A stretch of 45,683 nucleotides of DNA, from positions 1 through 45,683 of the forward strand of contig JBFJHJ010000027.1 of assembly GCA_041613315.1 (NCBI GenBank). The letters run 5' to 3'. The notes beneath the pieces are model-generated. The model was not told the DNA's origin, did not search any database, and saw nothing but the letters and a program-made list of their open reading frames with translations. The translations under genes and the position numbers were made by a program. Numbering within the stretch: position 1 is the stretch's first letter; each line of letters begins with the position of its first letter. Origin of the DNA: Gemmatimonadales bacterium. Its GTDB lineage: Bacteria > Gemmatimonadota > Gemmatimonadetes > Gemmatimonadales > GWC2-71-9. Shown one piece after another: positions 9,112 through 18,368 of this stretch.

Positions 9112-10331
9112 ACGCGACGGTCAAGCGGCTGTCCGTGCTCATGGCGACGGCCTTCGTGGACATGATCGGGTTCGCCATGGTGTTCCCGTTGCTTCCGTTC
9201 TACGCCCTCCGGCTCGAGGCCCAGGAATGGATCATCGGCTGGATGATCGCGGCCTTCTCGATCGTGCAGCTCGCGTCCGCGCCGTTGTGGGGGCGCCTTT
9301 CCGACCGCTACGGGCGCCGAGGAGCAATCCTCTTCGGGCTCGGCACCTCGGCCGTCGCGTTTGTGGTGTTCGGCTTCGCTGTGACGATCTGGATGCTGTT
9401 CCTCTCCCGGGCGGTGCAGGGCTTGGGCGGGGGCACGACGGGCGTGCTCCAGGCGTACGTGGCCGACGTGACCGAGCCGCGGGATCGCGCCAAGGCGCTG
9501 GGGTGGCTGTCCGCCTCCACGGCGGCCGGCGTCATGATCGGCCCGGCCATCGGCTCGCTCGCGTTCACGCTCGGACCGGAGGCCCCCGGGCTCATTGCGG
9601 CGGGCCTCTGCGTGGTGAACATCCTGTTCGCCTGGCGGTGGCTGCCCGAATCCCGGCCGCGCCGCGCCACGCCCGCGGCCGGCGAGATGGAGGATCCCGC
9701 GACGCCGCCGCGGATGCGGCCGGTCTGGGCCGTGATCCTGGAGTTCCTGCGGGAGCCCCACGGCGATGTCGCGCGCCTGGTGTGGATCTATGCCGTGGGC
9801 ATGTTGGGCTTCATGTCCATGACCGCCGTGCTCGCCCTCTATCTGGAGAGCGACTTCGGAGTCACGGAGGAGACGATCGGCATCTTCTTCGTCTACGTGG
9901 GATTCCTGGGTGTGGTGATGCGGGCGCTCATTCTGGGGAAGCTGGTGGACTGGTTGGGTGAAACGCGGGTGATGCGGCTGGGCGCGCTCCTTCTCACCCT
10001 CGGGCTCGTGGGCATCCCGCTCCCGCGGTCAGTGCTGCCGTTGGCGATGGTCATCGCGCTGATCCCCCTCGGGACGGCCTGCCTCTTCCCCTCGGTCACG
10101 GCGCTGGTCACGCACCGGGCGCCGGACCATGAACGGGGGCAGACGTTGGGCGTGCAGCAGACGTTTGGGGGCGTCTCGCGCGTCCTCGCGCCCATCTGGG
10201 CCACGGCCGCGTTCCAGGGCCTCGGCGTCGCGGTGCCGTTCTATATCGCGGGGGCCGTGGTCGCCCTGGTGACGCTCCTGGCGTTCCGCGTGCGGGCGGT
10301 ACCCGAGCCCGCCGAGGTCGTTGTGTCGTGA
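9108..10331 (+). CDS. MFS transporter, DHA1/TetA-like
   Basis: Motif A GRLSDRYGRR; FVDMIGFAMVFPLLPFY; QAYVADVT..RDRAKALG; GPAIG motif; about 12 TM segments; GTGA overlap. Confidence 0.92.
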   Translation: MNATVKRLSVLMATAFVDMIGFAMVFPLLPFYALRLEAQEWIIGWMIAAFSIVQLASAPLWGRLSDRYGRRGAILFGLGTSAVAFVVFGFAVTIWMLFLSRAVQGLGGGTTGVLQAYVADVTEPRDRAKALGWLSASTAAGVMIGPAIGSLAFTLGPEAPGLIAAGLCVVNILFAWRWLPESRPRRATPAAGEMEDPATPPRMRPVWAVILEFLREPHGDVARLVWIYAVGMLGFMSMTAVLALYLESDFGVTEETIGIFFVYVGFLGVVMRALILGKLVDWLGETRVMRLGALLLTLGLVGIPLPRSVLPLAMVIALIPLGTACLFPSVTALVTHRAPDHERGQTLGVQQTFGGVSRVLAPIWATAAFQGLGVAVPFYIAGAVVALVTLLAFRVRAVPEPAEVVVS

Positions 10332-10389
10332 GCACGATGTGCGCCGTGTGCCAATCCGGCCGGCAAACGCCCCGGTCTTCGACGGGTTA

Positions 10390-10420
10390 GCGGCGGCATC
10401 GGGATGCGCCATCCCGCCGC
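10390..10420. terminator. Possible stem-loop between the convergent MFS and amidohydrolase genes
   Basis: GCGGCGG...CCGCCGC arms enclosing GGGATG-CGC-CATCCC; no U-tract. Confidence 0.3.
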
Positions 10421-10444
10421 CCACCCTCGCGCACGGCTCACTGG

Positions 10445-12172
10445 TCACGGTCGTTGGTATACGATCTCCCCGCCCAACACCGTCATCAGGACCCGCGTGT
10501 CCAGGATCCGCTCCGCCGCCACCGTCATGATGTCCTGATCCAGCACGACGAAGTCCGCGTACTTGCCGCGTGAGAGCGAGCCCGTCTCCTGCTCCATGAA
10601 CGCCGCGTACGCCGGCCACAGCGTGATGCTCTGGAGAGCTTCCTCGCGCGTGGTCCGCTCCGCCGGAAACCAGCCGCCGGCCGGCCACCCGTCCGCGTCC
10701 TGTCGCGTGATGAACGCCTTGAAGGAGATCAAGGGATTCGGCGACTCGACGGGGAAATCGGAGCCGTTGGGGATGACGACCCCGGTGTTGAGGAGCGAAC
10801 GCCAGGCGTACGCTCCCTGGACCCGCGTCCACCCCACACGGTTCATCGCCCAGTACATATCGCTCGTTTGGTGGCTGCCCTGCATCGACGGGATCACGTC
10901 CAGCTCCGCGAAGCGCGGGAGGTCCTGGAAGTGGATGACCTGGGCGTGCTCGATCCGAAAGCGGTGGTCGCTGGTCGGCACCTCGTGGAGCGCCGACGCG
11001 AAGGCGTCCAGCACCATACGGTTCGCGCGGTCGCCGATAGCATGGACGTTGAGTTGGAAGCCGTGCTGCAGTGCGCGGACGGCGACCGCGCGCACGCGGC
11101 CGTACGGCGTCGTGATGAGTCCTGTGTTCTGTGGATCGTCGTTATACGGTTCCAGCAGCGCCGCCCCCCGGCTCCCCAGGGCGCCGTCCGACGTGATCTT
11201 GATGGCCCGGATCCAGAGCCGACCCCCATGCAGTCCGTGTTGCGGACCGCGGGACAAGTACCGCTCGAGCGTCGCGTCGTCCGAGCTGGTCATCACGTAG
11301 TTGCGGAGGCCGTACCGTCCTTCGCGCGCGAGTTCTTCGTAGACGTCGATCACCTCGGAGCCGACACCGGCATCGTGGACGCCGGTGAGCCCCCAACGAT
11401 TCGCCTCCGCGATCGCGGCAAGCACGGCCTCGCGCGTCTCGTCCTTGGAAGCGGCGGGAATCACTCGGCTCACGGCCCCTTGCGCGCGATCGATCAGCAC
11501 GCCGGTCGGGTTCCCCTGCGCGTCGCGAAGCACGCGCCCACCCTCGGGATCGCGTGTGCGCGCCGTGACGCCGGCGAGCGCCATCGCCTTGGCATTCACC
11601 AGCGCCGCGTGGCCGTCCACCCGGGTCAAGTACACCGGATGGTCCGGCACGGCCCGCGAGAGGGCCTCGTGCGTCGGGAACTGCGTGTCGCCCCAATCGT
11701 TCTGGTCCCACCCGCGCCCTCGGATCCACTGTCCGCTGGGGACGCTGCGCGCCCGGTCCGCCACCCGGCGGATCACGTCGTCGTACGAGCGAGTCCCGAC
11801 CAGGTCGACCGTCCGGAGCGCGGTGCCCAGTCCGGCGAGGTGCACGTGAGCGTCCACCATGCCGGGGATCACCGTGCGCCCCTCGAGGTCGAGCCGGCGC
11901 GTCGCGGGCCCGGCCAGCGCCAGCGCACCGCGCGCGCTTCCCACAAACAGGATCTTCCCGTCTCGGACGGCCAGGGCCGCGGCGAGCGGCCGGGTGGCGT
12001 CCACCGTGTAGATGCGCGCATTGGTGACGATCAGGTCGGCCGGTGGTTGTTGGGCGGTGGCAGCGGTGGTCGTGGCGGCCACCGCGGTCGCGATCACGCC
12101 GAGACGGTGGACGTAGCGGCCGCCGTTCGTGCGGCTGCCGGCCCTCCGGCCGACCAGGGAATGACGCCTCAT
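10445..12172 (-). CDS. Secreted metal-dependent amidohydrolase (Amidohydro_3, YtcJ-like)
   Basis: Motifs PGMVDAHVH, RVDGHA, K.TSDGALGSRGA, HAIGDRAN, RIEHAQ, GSDFPV and GKYADFVVLD. GAGGAG RBS before ATG 12172, followed by a signal-like segment ending ATA|QQ. Confidence 0.92.
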   Translation of the reverse strand: MRRHSLVGRRAGSRTNGGRYVHRLGVIATAVAATTTAATAQQPPADLIVTNARIYTVDATRPLAAALAVRDGKILFVGSARGALALAGPATRRLDLEGRTVIPGMVDAHVHLAGLGTALRTVDLVGTRSYDDVIRRVADRARSVPSGQWIRGRGWDQNDWGDTQFPTHEALSRAVPDHPVYLTRVDGHAALVNAKAMALAGVTARTRDPEGGRVLRDAQGNPTGVLIDRAQGAVSRVIPAASKDETREAVLAAIAEANRWGLTGVHDAGVGSEVIDVYEELAREGRYGLRNYVMTSSDDATLERYLSRGPQHGLHGGRLWIRAIKITSDGALGSRGAALLEPYNDDPQNTGLITTPYGRVRAVAVRALQHGFQLNVHAIGDRANRMVLDAFASALHEVPTSDHRFRIEHAQVIHFQDLPRFAELDVIPSMQGSHQTSDMYWAMNRVGWTRVQGAYAWRSLLNTGVVIPNGSDFPVESPNPLISFKAFITRQDADGWPAGGWFPAERTTREEALQSITLWPAYAAFMEQETGSLSRGKYADFVVLDQDIMTVAAERILDTRVLMTVLGGEIVYQRP

Positions 12173-12201
12173 GTGCTCCTCGCTTGTCGTTGGACGCAAG
12201 G

Positions 12202-13479
12202 TTACGGCTGCGCGACGCCCGCCAGCGCCGCCGCCAGCAGGATGATCTGTTTCGTCCCGATCTTCGCGGAGGCGATGTCGGCCCACTCGCTCAACGTGTG
12301 CTGCTCGCCACCCACGGCCCGGCCGACGGAGATCGTGGGAATGCCGCGCACCACGCCGACGTTGGCATCGGTGGATCCGGTGGCCACGGCGGGCGGGCGA
12401 TCGCCGAAGTCGTAGCCCAGATGGCGCAAGACGTCCACCGCCGTCTGCACGAGGGGATGCGCCCGGCGGTCCGCGAGCTGCTCGGGCGTTCCCCCCGCCT
12501 CGTTGCGTTGGATCCATTCGCGCCGATAGGCAACGCGCCCGGCCTGGGCGGCCCGCTCGCACGTGGCCACGATCGTGCTGTCGAGCCGGCTGAGGAGCGA
12601 GGGGTCCACCGTGCGCAGGTCGACCGTGAAGAACGCCTCCTGGGCGATGGCATTTACCACGTGGCCGCCGCCCACGATGCCCACGTTGTAGACCGCGGTG
12701 ACGGGCGCGTCCGGTGGCGGGAGCGGGATCTGGTAGATGTCCAGGATGCAGCGTGCGGCCGCCCGTGCCGGGTGGGGCTTGCCGCGGGAGTACAGCGTGT
12801 GGGATCCCTCACCGCTGAACACCATCCGGGACCAGTAGATCCCCAACGCGCCGTAGTTCACCGGGCCCAGCCCGCCGTCGAGCGCGATCAGCATGTCCGT
12901 GACGCCGGGATTGTGGTCCAGCCAGTAGCGCATGCCGTGCAGTCCGAGCTCTTCCTGGGCGGTGCCGAGAAAGATGATGTCCCCTCCCGTCTGGAGACCG
13001 GCGGCGTGCATCGCGCGGGCGGCCGCCAGCATGTTGGCGACGGACGCGCTGTTGTCGAAGACGCCGGGGGCGAACAGCCGGCCGTCCCGTCGCGCGACGG
13101 TCACGTCGGTCTCCATCGGATGGACCGTGTCGAGGTGTGCGGCGAACACGATCGTCGGGCCGCCGCCGGCGCCGGGACGCCGGGCGAACACGTTGCCGAT
13201 CGAGTCGCTGAAGACATCGAGCCCCAGCGCCTCGAGCTGCGCCCGGACGTACGCCGCCCGCTCCTCCTCGTAACGCGAGGTCCCCGGTATCTCGGTGATG
13301 TGGATCCATTCGGCGACGTGCGCGTCGAAGGTTGCGTCGATGTGGGCGAGTGCGGCATGCACGGCAGGCACGCGCGCGAGCTCGGCCGAGAACGCCGTGG
13401 ACGCGCGAGGCTCCTGGGCGTCGAGTGGCGCGGCGCCCGCCAGCACGGCGACGACCAACGGTGCGACTCGGGAACGCAT
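12202..13479 (-). CDS. Secreted M20/M25/M40 family metallo-hydrolase (peptidase T-like)
   Basis: AHLDTV, GVFDN, TAQEELG, ALDG, YNVG...GG...NAI, GSTDAN and HTLSEW motifs; signal peptide; GAGGAG RBS. Confidence 0.9.
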   Translation of the reverse strand: MRSRVAPLVVAVLAGAAPLDAQEPRASTAFSAELARVPAVHAALAHIDATFDAHVAEWIHITEIPGTSRYEEERAAYVRAQLEALGLDVFSDSIGNVFARRPGAGGGPTIVFAAHLDTVHPMETDVTVARRDGRLFAPGVFDNSASVANMLAAARAMHAAGLQTGGDIIFLGTAQEELGLHGMRYWLDHNPGVTDMLIALDGGLGPVNYGALGIYWSRMVFSGEGSHTLYSRGKPHPARAAARCILDIYQIPLPPPDAPVTAVYNVGIVGGGHVVNAIAQEAFFTVDLRTVDPSLLSRLDSTIVATCERAAQAGRVAYRREWIQRNEAGGTPEQLADRRAHPLVQTAVDVLRHLGYDFGDRPPAVATGSTDANVGVVRGIPTISVGRAVGGEQHTLSEWADIASAKIGTKQIILLAAALAGVAQP

Positions 13480-13552
13480 GGCGGCTCCTCAGATGGCGGG
13501 GTCGGACGCGGGGAAGCTACCGCCGCGTGAGACCGGTCGCGAGGCCCGGCCG

Positions 13553-14404
13553 CTACCGTAGGTGCCGGTCGAGGAACGTGTGCAGGGTGTCCCGGTAGGA
13601 GTGGCCGCCGGCCGCGTACGTGTCGTTGTGTCCGGCGCCGTCCAAGACGACCAGCGCTTCGGCGCGACCCGCCTCGGCCACCGCCCGGCCCATCCACAGG
13701 GGTGCCACTCGGTCGTGATCGCCGTGAAACACGAGGAGCGGCGCCGTGAGCCGCCGCGCGCGGCCGAGGTTGTCGAGCTCGAGGCGGAGGAGGCTCTTGG
13801 GAATCATGGCATAGTGCTCGTCGGCCATGTCGTGCCCGCTCGAGAACGGGGAGTCGAGCACGACGGCGCGCACGGGCTGTGTGGTGGCCAGGTAGAGGGC
13901 GACGGCGGCGCCCAAGGACCGCCCGTACACCGCGATGCGCGTGCTGTCGATCTCACGGCGGGCGGCGAGCCACCCCCACGCCGCGTCGGCGTCGTGGTAG
14001 AGCCCCGGCTCGGTCGGCGTCCCACCGCTCTGGCCGTAGCCGCGGTAATCGAGCGCGAGGAGGCCGATGCCCGCCGGCCGGAGCGCCGCCAGGATTGGTC
14101 CCAACGCCCCCACCGTCTCCATGTTGCCGTAGAACCAGACGAGACCGGGGGCCCCCCCGGGTGGCGTGGGCGCTGGGTTGGGCGGCAGGTACCAGCCCCG
14201 GAGCGTCACGCCGTCGCTGGTCGTCACCGTGACAACGTCGCCGTCCGGCATCCCCGCGGCGGCGGGTGCCGGCAGCGGAGCGCTCGGGCCGGGGAAGGCG
14301 AGGCGCTCCTGGAAGCGCCAGGCCAGGAGCACGAAGAGCCCGTACACGACGGCGACGACCAACAGGACCTTGACGATCACGGAGACCGTGGGGGACGAAG
14401 GCAT
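13553..14404 (-). CDS. Alpha/beta hydrolase (Bem46/ABHD-like) with an N-terminal membrane anchor
   Basis: N-terminal TM then QERLAFP; DYRGYGQS.G.PTE.GLY.DA; nucleophile GRSLG; HGDHD; GAGHND. Confidence 0.9.
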   Translation of the reverse strand: MPSSPTVSVIVKVLLVVAVVYGLFVLLAWRFQERLAFPGPSAPLPAPAAAGMPDGDVVTVTTSDGVTLRGWYLPPNPAPTPPGGAPGLVWFYGNMETVGALGPILAALRPAGIGLLALDYRGYGQSGGTPTEPGLYHDADAAWGWLAARREIDSTRIAVYGRSLGAAVALYLATTQPVRAVVLDSPFSSGHDMADEHYAMIPKSLLRLELDNLGRARRLTAPLLVFHGDHDRVAPLWMGRAVAEAGRAEALVVLDGAGHNDTYAAGGHSYRDTLHTFLDRHLR

Positions 14405-14432
14405 GGAAAGGAAAGTAATCGGGGAGGCGCGG

Positions 14433-15740
14433 CTAGGGCTCGGGGCATGCGTGAAGCGCCGCGTCTACCCACTCGCGCACCTCGGCCGGCGTCGGTCGGG
14501 CCCGGCCGGGCGCGTGGAGGTGCACGACGACCCACAAGCGCTCGGGCAGGGCGCTCGCGAGGGTGCAGACCGAGCGCACGCCGATCCGCCAGAGCACCTC
14601 GCCGTGGACCGTGCCGATGCCGCGCAGCGTCACGAGGCGCGCGGCGTCCACGGCGTCGGCAATCGGTGCGCGGGGGCCGCCGGTGCGGCGAGCCACCACG
14701 TCGGGGTCCGCCGCGGCGAGCGCAAACGGCGAGCTCACGCCGGCCGCCCGCAGCTCGTCCGCCAAGGGTGCACTGATCCCCGGCAGCTCGACCAGCCTCG
14801 GCGTCATCGAGCTGATGGTCCACCGCTCCATGCCCGCGAGGACGAGCACGGCGAAGACGGCGGCGGCCACGCCCGCGCCGATACGCGTGATGCGGCGCGC
14901 CGCCCGCCCGGACGCTCGCTCCCCCTCGCTCGCCGCCACCGGCGCCGCCACACCTTGGACGCACAGCACGTGGTACAGCGCCCACGCTTCGAGGGCGAAG
15001 AACGGGAATCCCAAGAAGCCGAGGGGCGGCATCTCGAACACCTTGAGCTGCTCGAGCCATGGGACCGTGTAGATCCACTGCCCGCGGGCAAGGTGGTTGT
15101 AGCCCTCCCACAACGCGCCGATCCCCAAGCCGCCCATCATGGGGCGGCCGATCCGTCCCCATTCCCCTCGAGCGGCGTCTCCCAGCAGCGACCACTCGGG
15201 ACGGTGGCGGTAGACGAACGGGTCGGTGATCAACCAGATCGCGCCCCAGACGAGAGGGAAGCACCGCTCCGGCCACAGGAGGGCCGCCACCGCCGCGGCA
15301 ACGCCCACTCCCACCGCGGCTCGCAGCTCCCACGGTCGCACCCGAAGCGGCGCGGACCGCCAGCCGTGCCCGACGCGCGCGGCGTCGAGCGCCCGCTCGG
15401 CGAGCACGATGGCCGGCACCACCGTGGCAAACGAGAGCAGGATCCCGGCCCACCGCTCGACCAGGGCCCGCGGCAGGAACACGTAATACCAGTTGTCGAG
15501 GCGGAAATTCGCCGCCTCGAAGAGCAGCCAGATCGGCGCCGACCACAGGAACAACGACGCGGCACGGCGTGGATCGGCGATGAGGGGCGTGCGCCCGTCC
15601 AGTCGATGGGCGAGCCGGTCGAGCAGCACGAGGGTGGGGTACCAGACGATGACGTAAAACCATGTGGGGACCGGTTCGACGTCCATCAGGCGGAGCGCCC
15701 ATGCCACGCCGATGATCGCGAGCGAGAGTGCTGTCCACAT
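14433..15740 (-). CDS. Multi-pass membrane protein with a C-terminal DUF4332-like helix-hairpin-helix domain
   Basis: About 9 hydrophobic segments with WLLFEAAN..NWYY, LWEGYN..QWIY and FEMPPLGFLGFP motifs; C-terminal LPGIS / LRGIG HhH motifs and RPTPAEVREWV. Confidence 0.72.
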   Translation of the reverse strand: MWTALSLAIIGVAWALRLMDVEPVPTWFYVIVWYPTLVLLDRLAHRLDGRTPLIADPRRAASLFLWSAPIWLLFEAANFRLDNWYYVFLPRALVERWAGILLSFATVVPAIVLAERALDAARVGHGWRSAPLRVRPWELRAAVGVGVAAAVAALLWPERCFPLVWGAIWLITDPFVYRHRPEWSLLGDAARGEWGRIGRPMMGGLGIGALWEGYNHLARGQWIYTVPWLEQLKVFEMPPLGFLGFPFFALEAWALYHVLCVQGVAAPVAASEGERASGRAARRITRIGAGVAAAVFAVLVLAGMERWTISSMTPRLVELPGISAPLADELRAAGVSSPFALAAADPDVVARRTGGPRAPIADAVDAARLVTLRGIGTVHGEVLWRIGVRSVCTLASALPERLWVVVHLHAPGRARPTPAEVREWVDAALHACPEP

Positions 15741-15879
15741 CGGGCACAAGGTGACGGCGCTGCATAGCGGAGGGAAGGGCAACGGCCCAGCCGCGGTCAC
15801 GCCGACTCCTCGCGTCGAGCTCCGGCCATGACGCCGCGCCGGCTTGATTCCGCTTCCCGGCCGACGTTGATTGCGCCAT

Positions 15880-16809
15880 ATGGCTGAGTTGACGATCGTC
15901 TGTCGTGGTCTCGTCAAGCGTTACGGCGACCTGACCGCGGTGGACGGCATCGATCTCGAGGTATCGCGCGGCGAGTGCTTCGGCATGCTGGGCCCGAACG
16001 GTGCCGGGAAGACCACGACGATCGAGATGCTGGAAGGGTTGCTCGTGCCCGATGCCGGGTCGGTGGAGGTGCTGCACCTCTCCTGGGACGGCCACGCGCG
16101 GGAGCTGCGCGAGCGCCTCGGAACCCAGCTGCAAGAGACCAGGCTTCCCGAGAAGCTCAGCGTGGAAGAGACGGTGACCCTGTTCCGGAGCTTGTACCGC
16201 CGGGGAACGACCGTCGAAGCCGTACTGCACGCCGTCCAGCTCGAGGAGAAACGCAAGACCTGGGTGAGCCGGCTGTCCGGGGGGCAGCGCCAGCGGCTTG
16301 CGGTGGCGTGCGCCCTCGTGTGCGAGCCGGACGTGTTGTTCCTGGACGAGCCGACCACGGGACTGGACCCGCAGTCGCGACGTCAAGTGTGGGAGATCAT
16401 CGCCGGCTTTCGCGCGCGCGGCGGCACGGTCCTGCTCACGACGCACTACATGGAGGAGGCCGAGCGGCTGTGCGACCGCGTGGCCGTGATCGACCGTGGA
16501 CGGATCATCGCGCTCGGGAGTCCGGCGGAGCTGATCGCGTCCTTGGGGGCGGAGCATGTGGTCGAGTTCGCCCTCGAGGACGGCGCCGCCGTGGGGGAGG
16601 AGGTGCTGGCCCGGCTTCCCGGCGTCGAGAGCGTGGCCTGGGAGAACGGCCGGACGCGCCTGACCGTGCGTGGCGTGCACCGGACGGTGCCGGCGCTCAT
16701 TCGGCTGTTGGGCGACCGCGGCGCGCGGCTCAGCGAGCTGGTGACGCACCACGCCACCCTTGAGGATGTGTTTCTTTCCCTCACCGGCCGACACCTGCGC
16801 GATGAATAG
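15880..16809 (+). CDS. ABC transporter ATP-binding protein (DrrA/CcmA-like exporter)
   Basis: GPNGAGKTT, LSGGQRQR, FLDEPTTGLDP, TTHYMEEAE and TLEDVFL.LTG motifs. Confidence 0.95.
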   Translation: MAELTIVCRGLVKRYGDLTAVDGIDLEVSRGECFGMLGPNGAGKTTTIEMLEGLLVPDAGSVEVLHLSWDGHARELRERLGTQLQETRLPEKLSVEETVTLFRSLYRRGTTVEAVLHAVQLEEKRKTWVSRLSGGQRQRLAVACALVCEPDVLFLDEPTTGLDPQSRRQVWEIIAGFRARGGTVLLTTHYMEEAERLCDRVAVIDRGRIIALGSPAELIASLGAEHVVEFALEDGAAVGEEVLARLPGVESVAWENGRTRLTVRGVHRTVPALIRLLGDRGARLSELVTHHATLEDVFLSLTGRHLRDE

Positions 16810-17842
16810 CCTGTCCACCAACGCGCTGATGCAGCTCACGCTGTGGCGCCTCCGCGAGTTTCTCCGCGAGCCCGAGGCGATGTTCTGGGTGTTCGCGTTT
16901 CCGGTCCTGCTGGCCTTCGCCTTGGGGCTCGCGTTCAAGAGCCGCGGTCCGGAGGTCGTGCGGGTGGCCGTGGAGGAGGGCCCGGGGGCGGACGCGGTGT
17001 GGGCGGCGCTCGCCGCCGCGCCGCGCGTCGAGGCCGTGCGACTCGCGCCGGTCGATGCGGACCATCGGCTGCGCGTGGGGCGCGTGGCGCTGGTCGTGCG
17101 GCCCGGCGATCCCGTCGTCCTCCGCTTCGATTCGACGCGGGCCGAGAGCGACGTCGCGCGGCTGGTGGTGGGCGACGCGTTGCAGGAGGCCGCCGGCCGT
17201 CGCGACGTGCGGGTGATCCGCGAGCAGCGGGTGAGCGAACCCGGGGCGCGCTACATCGACTTCCTGATCCCGGGGCTCATCGGCCTCAACATCATGGGGA
17301 CCGGGATGTGGGGGATCGGTTTCGGCATCGTGAAGGCCCGAAACCACAAGCTCCTCAAGCGGTTCATCGCCTCGCCGATGCGCAAGAGCGACTACTTGGC
17401 GTCGCATATGTTGGCGCGGCTGGTGTTCCTGGGGCTGGAGGTGGCGGCGGTGGTCGCCTTCGGGGTCTACGTGTTCGACGTCCCCTTGCGCGGGTCGCTG
17501 GCCGCGCTCGCGGTCGTGTCGGTGCTGGGTGCGCTCACGTTCTCGGGCCTCGGGCTGCTCGTGGCAAGCCGGAGTCGCACCACCGAGGGCGTCTCGGGGC
17601 TCATGAACCTGGTCATGGTGCCCATGTGGATTCTGTCCGGCGTGTTCTTCGCCTACTCGCACTTCCCGGACGCGATGCAGCCGTTCATCAAAGCCCTGCC
17701 GCTCACGGCGCTCAACGACGCGTTGCGGGGCGTCATGCTCGATGGCACGCCGCTCGTCGCCACGGCCGGGCTACTGGCGATCCTGACGATATGGGGCATC
17801 GCGAGCTTCGGCGCTGCCCTCGCCGTCTTTCGCTGGAGTTGA
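16802..17842 (+). CDS. ABC-2 type exporter permease
   Basis: REPEAMFWVFAFP, YIDFLIPGLIG, LKRFIASP, LSGVFF and LPLTALNDALR motifs; 6-TM topology; overlaps the ATPase stop. Confidence 0.92.
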   Translation: MNSLSTNALMQLTLWRLREFLREPEAMFWVFAFPVLLAFALGLAFKSRGPEVVRVAVEEGPGADAVWAALAAAPRVEAVRLAPVDADHRLRVGRVALVVRPGDPVVLRFDSTRAESDVARLVVGDALQEAAGRRDVRVIREQRVSEPGARYIDFLIPGLIGLNIMGTGMWGIGFGIVKARNHKLLKRFIASPMRKSDYLASHMLARLVFLGLEVAAVVAFGVYVFDVPLRGSLAALAVVSVLGALTFSGLGLLVASRSRTTEGVSGLMNLVMVPMWILSGVFFAYSHFPDAMQPFIKALPLTALNDALRGVMLDGTPLVATAGLLAILTIWGIASFGAALAVFRWS

Positions 17843-17855
17843 GGAGGGAAGCGTC

Positions 17856-18218
17856 ATGGGAGCGAAACTGAGCGGGTCGGCGCAGCGTGCCCTGGAGTCG
17901 CTCGAGGAGGCGCGGCGCAAATGGGAGCGGGTGCGCTCGCTGGTGGAACAAGCCGCCAGCGCCCGGACGGGCACGGACATGTTTCTGACGATGATCTGGC
18001 GGGCGGCGACCGACGTGAATCGGATCTTCATGAGTGCGGGGCAGGGCGTGCTCGCCGACCAGGCCAATCAGTTGGCGATGCTGGTGAAGCGGGGGGGAGC
18101 GCTCTCGACCAAGTTGCGCCCGATGCGGGAGTTCGTGGCCGCGGTGAACGCCGGGATCGATCGGGCGAAGAAGCAGGTCGTCGATAGTGACCGCACCTCG
18201 GGCGAGGCGACCGACTGA
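17856..18218 (+). CDS. Hypothetical all-helical protein (120 aa)
   Basis: GAGGAGGG RBS, amphipathic helical pattern, fills the gap after the ABC-2 permease. Confidence 0.75.
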   Translation: MGAKLSGSAQRALESLEEARRKWERVRSLVEQAASARTGTDMFLTMIWRAATDVNRIFMSAGQGVLADQANQLAMLVKRGGALSTKLRPMREFVAAVNAGIDRAKKQVVDSDRTSGEATD

Positions 18219-18276
18219 CGCCCGTCGCTTCCCCCGTCCGCCGCAATCGTGAAACTCCCCACCCCTTGTGTGCGTA

Positions 18277-18323
18277 CTGAACGGTGTTAGCTTAACGCCG
18301 TTCGGGATCTTAACGCTGTAAAG
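18277..18323 (+). promoter_or_regulatory. Three tandem imperfect palindromes, probably TetR operators overlapping the promoter
   Basis: CTGAACGGTGTTAG (18277-18290), CTTAACGCCGTTCG (18291-18304) and CTTAACGCTGTAAAG (18309-18323). Candidate -35 TTGTGT (18266) and -10 TAGCTT (18288). Confidence 0.7.
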
Positions 18324-18368
18324 GTCATCAATAATTATCTGGGACAATCACTTGACGATGGTTGCCGC

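Noticed and set aside
10332..10360. TTGGCAC on the minus strand as a sigma54 -24 box
   Set aside because: No TTGC at the -12 position, and it lies between convergent genes pointing antisense into the MFS gene.
14377..16938. 853-aa minus-strand ORF
   Set aside because: It is antisense to the ABC ATPase and out of frame with the DUF4332-like gene; no recognisable domain.
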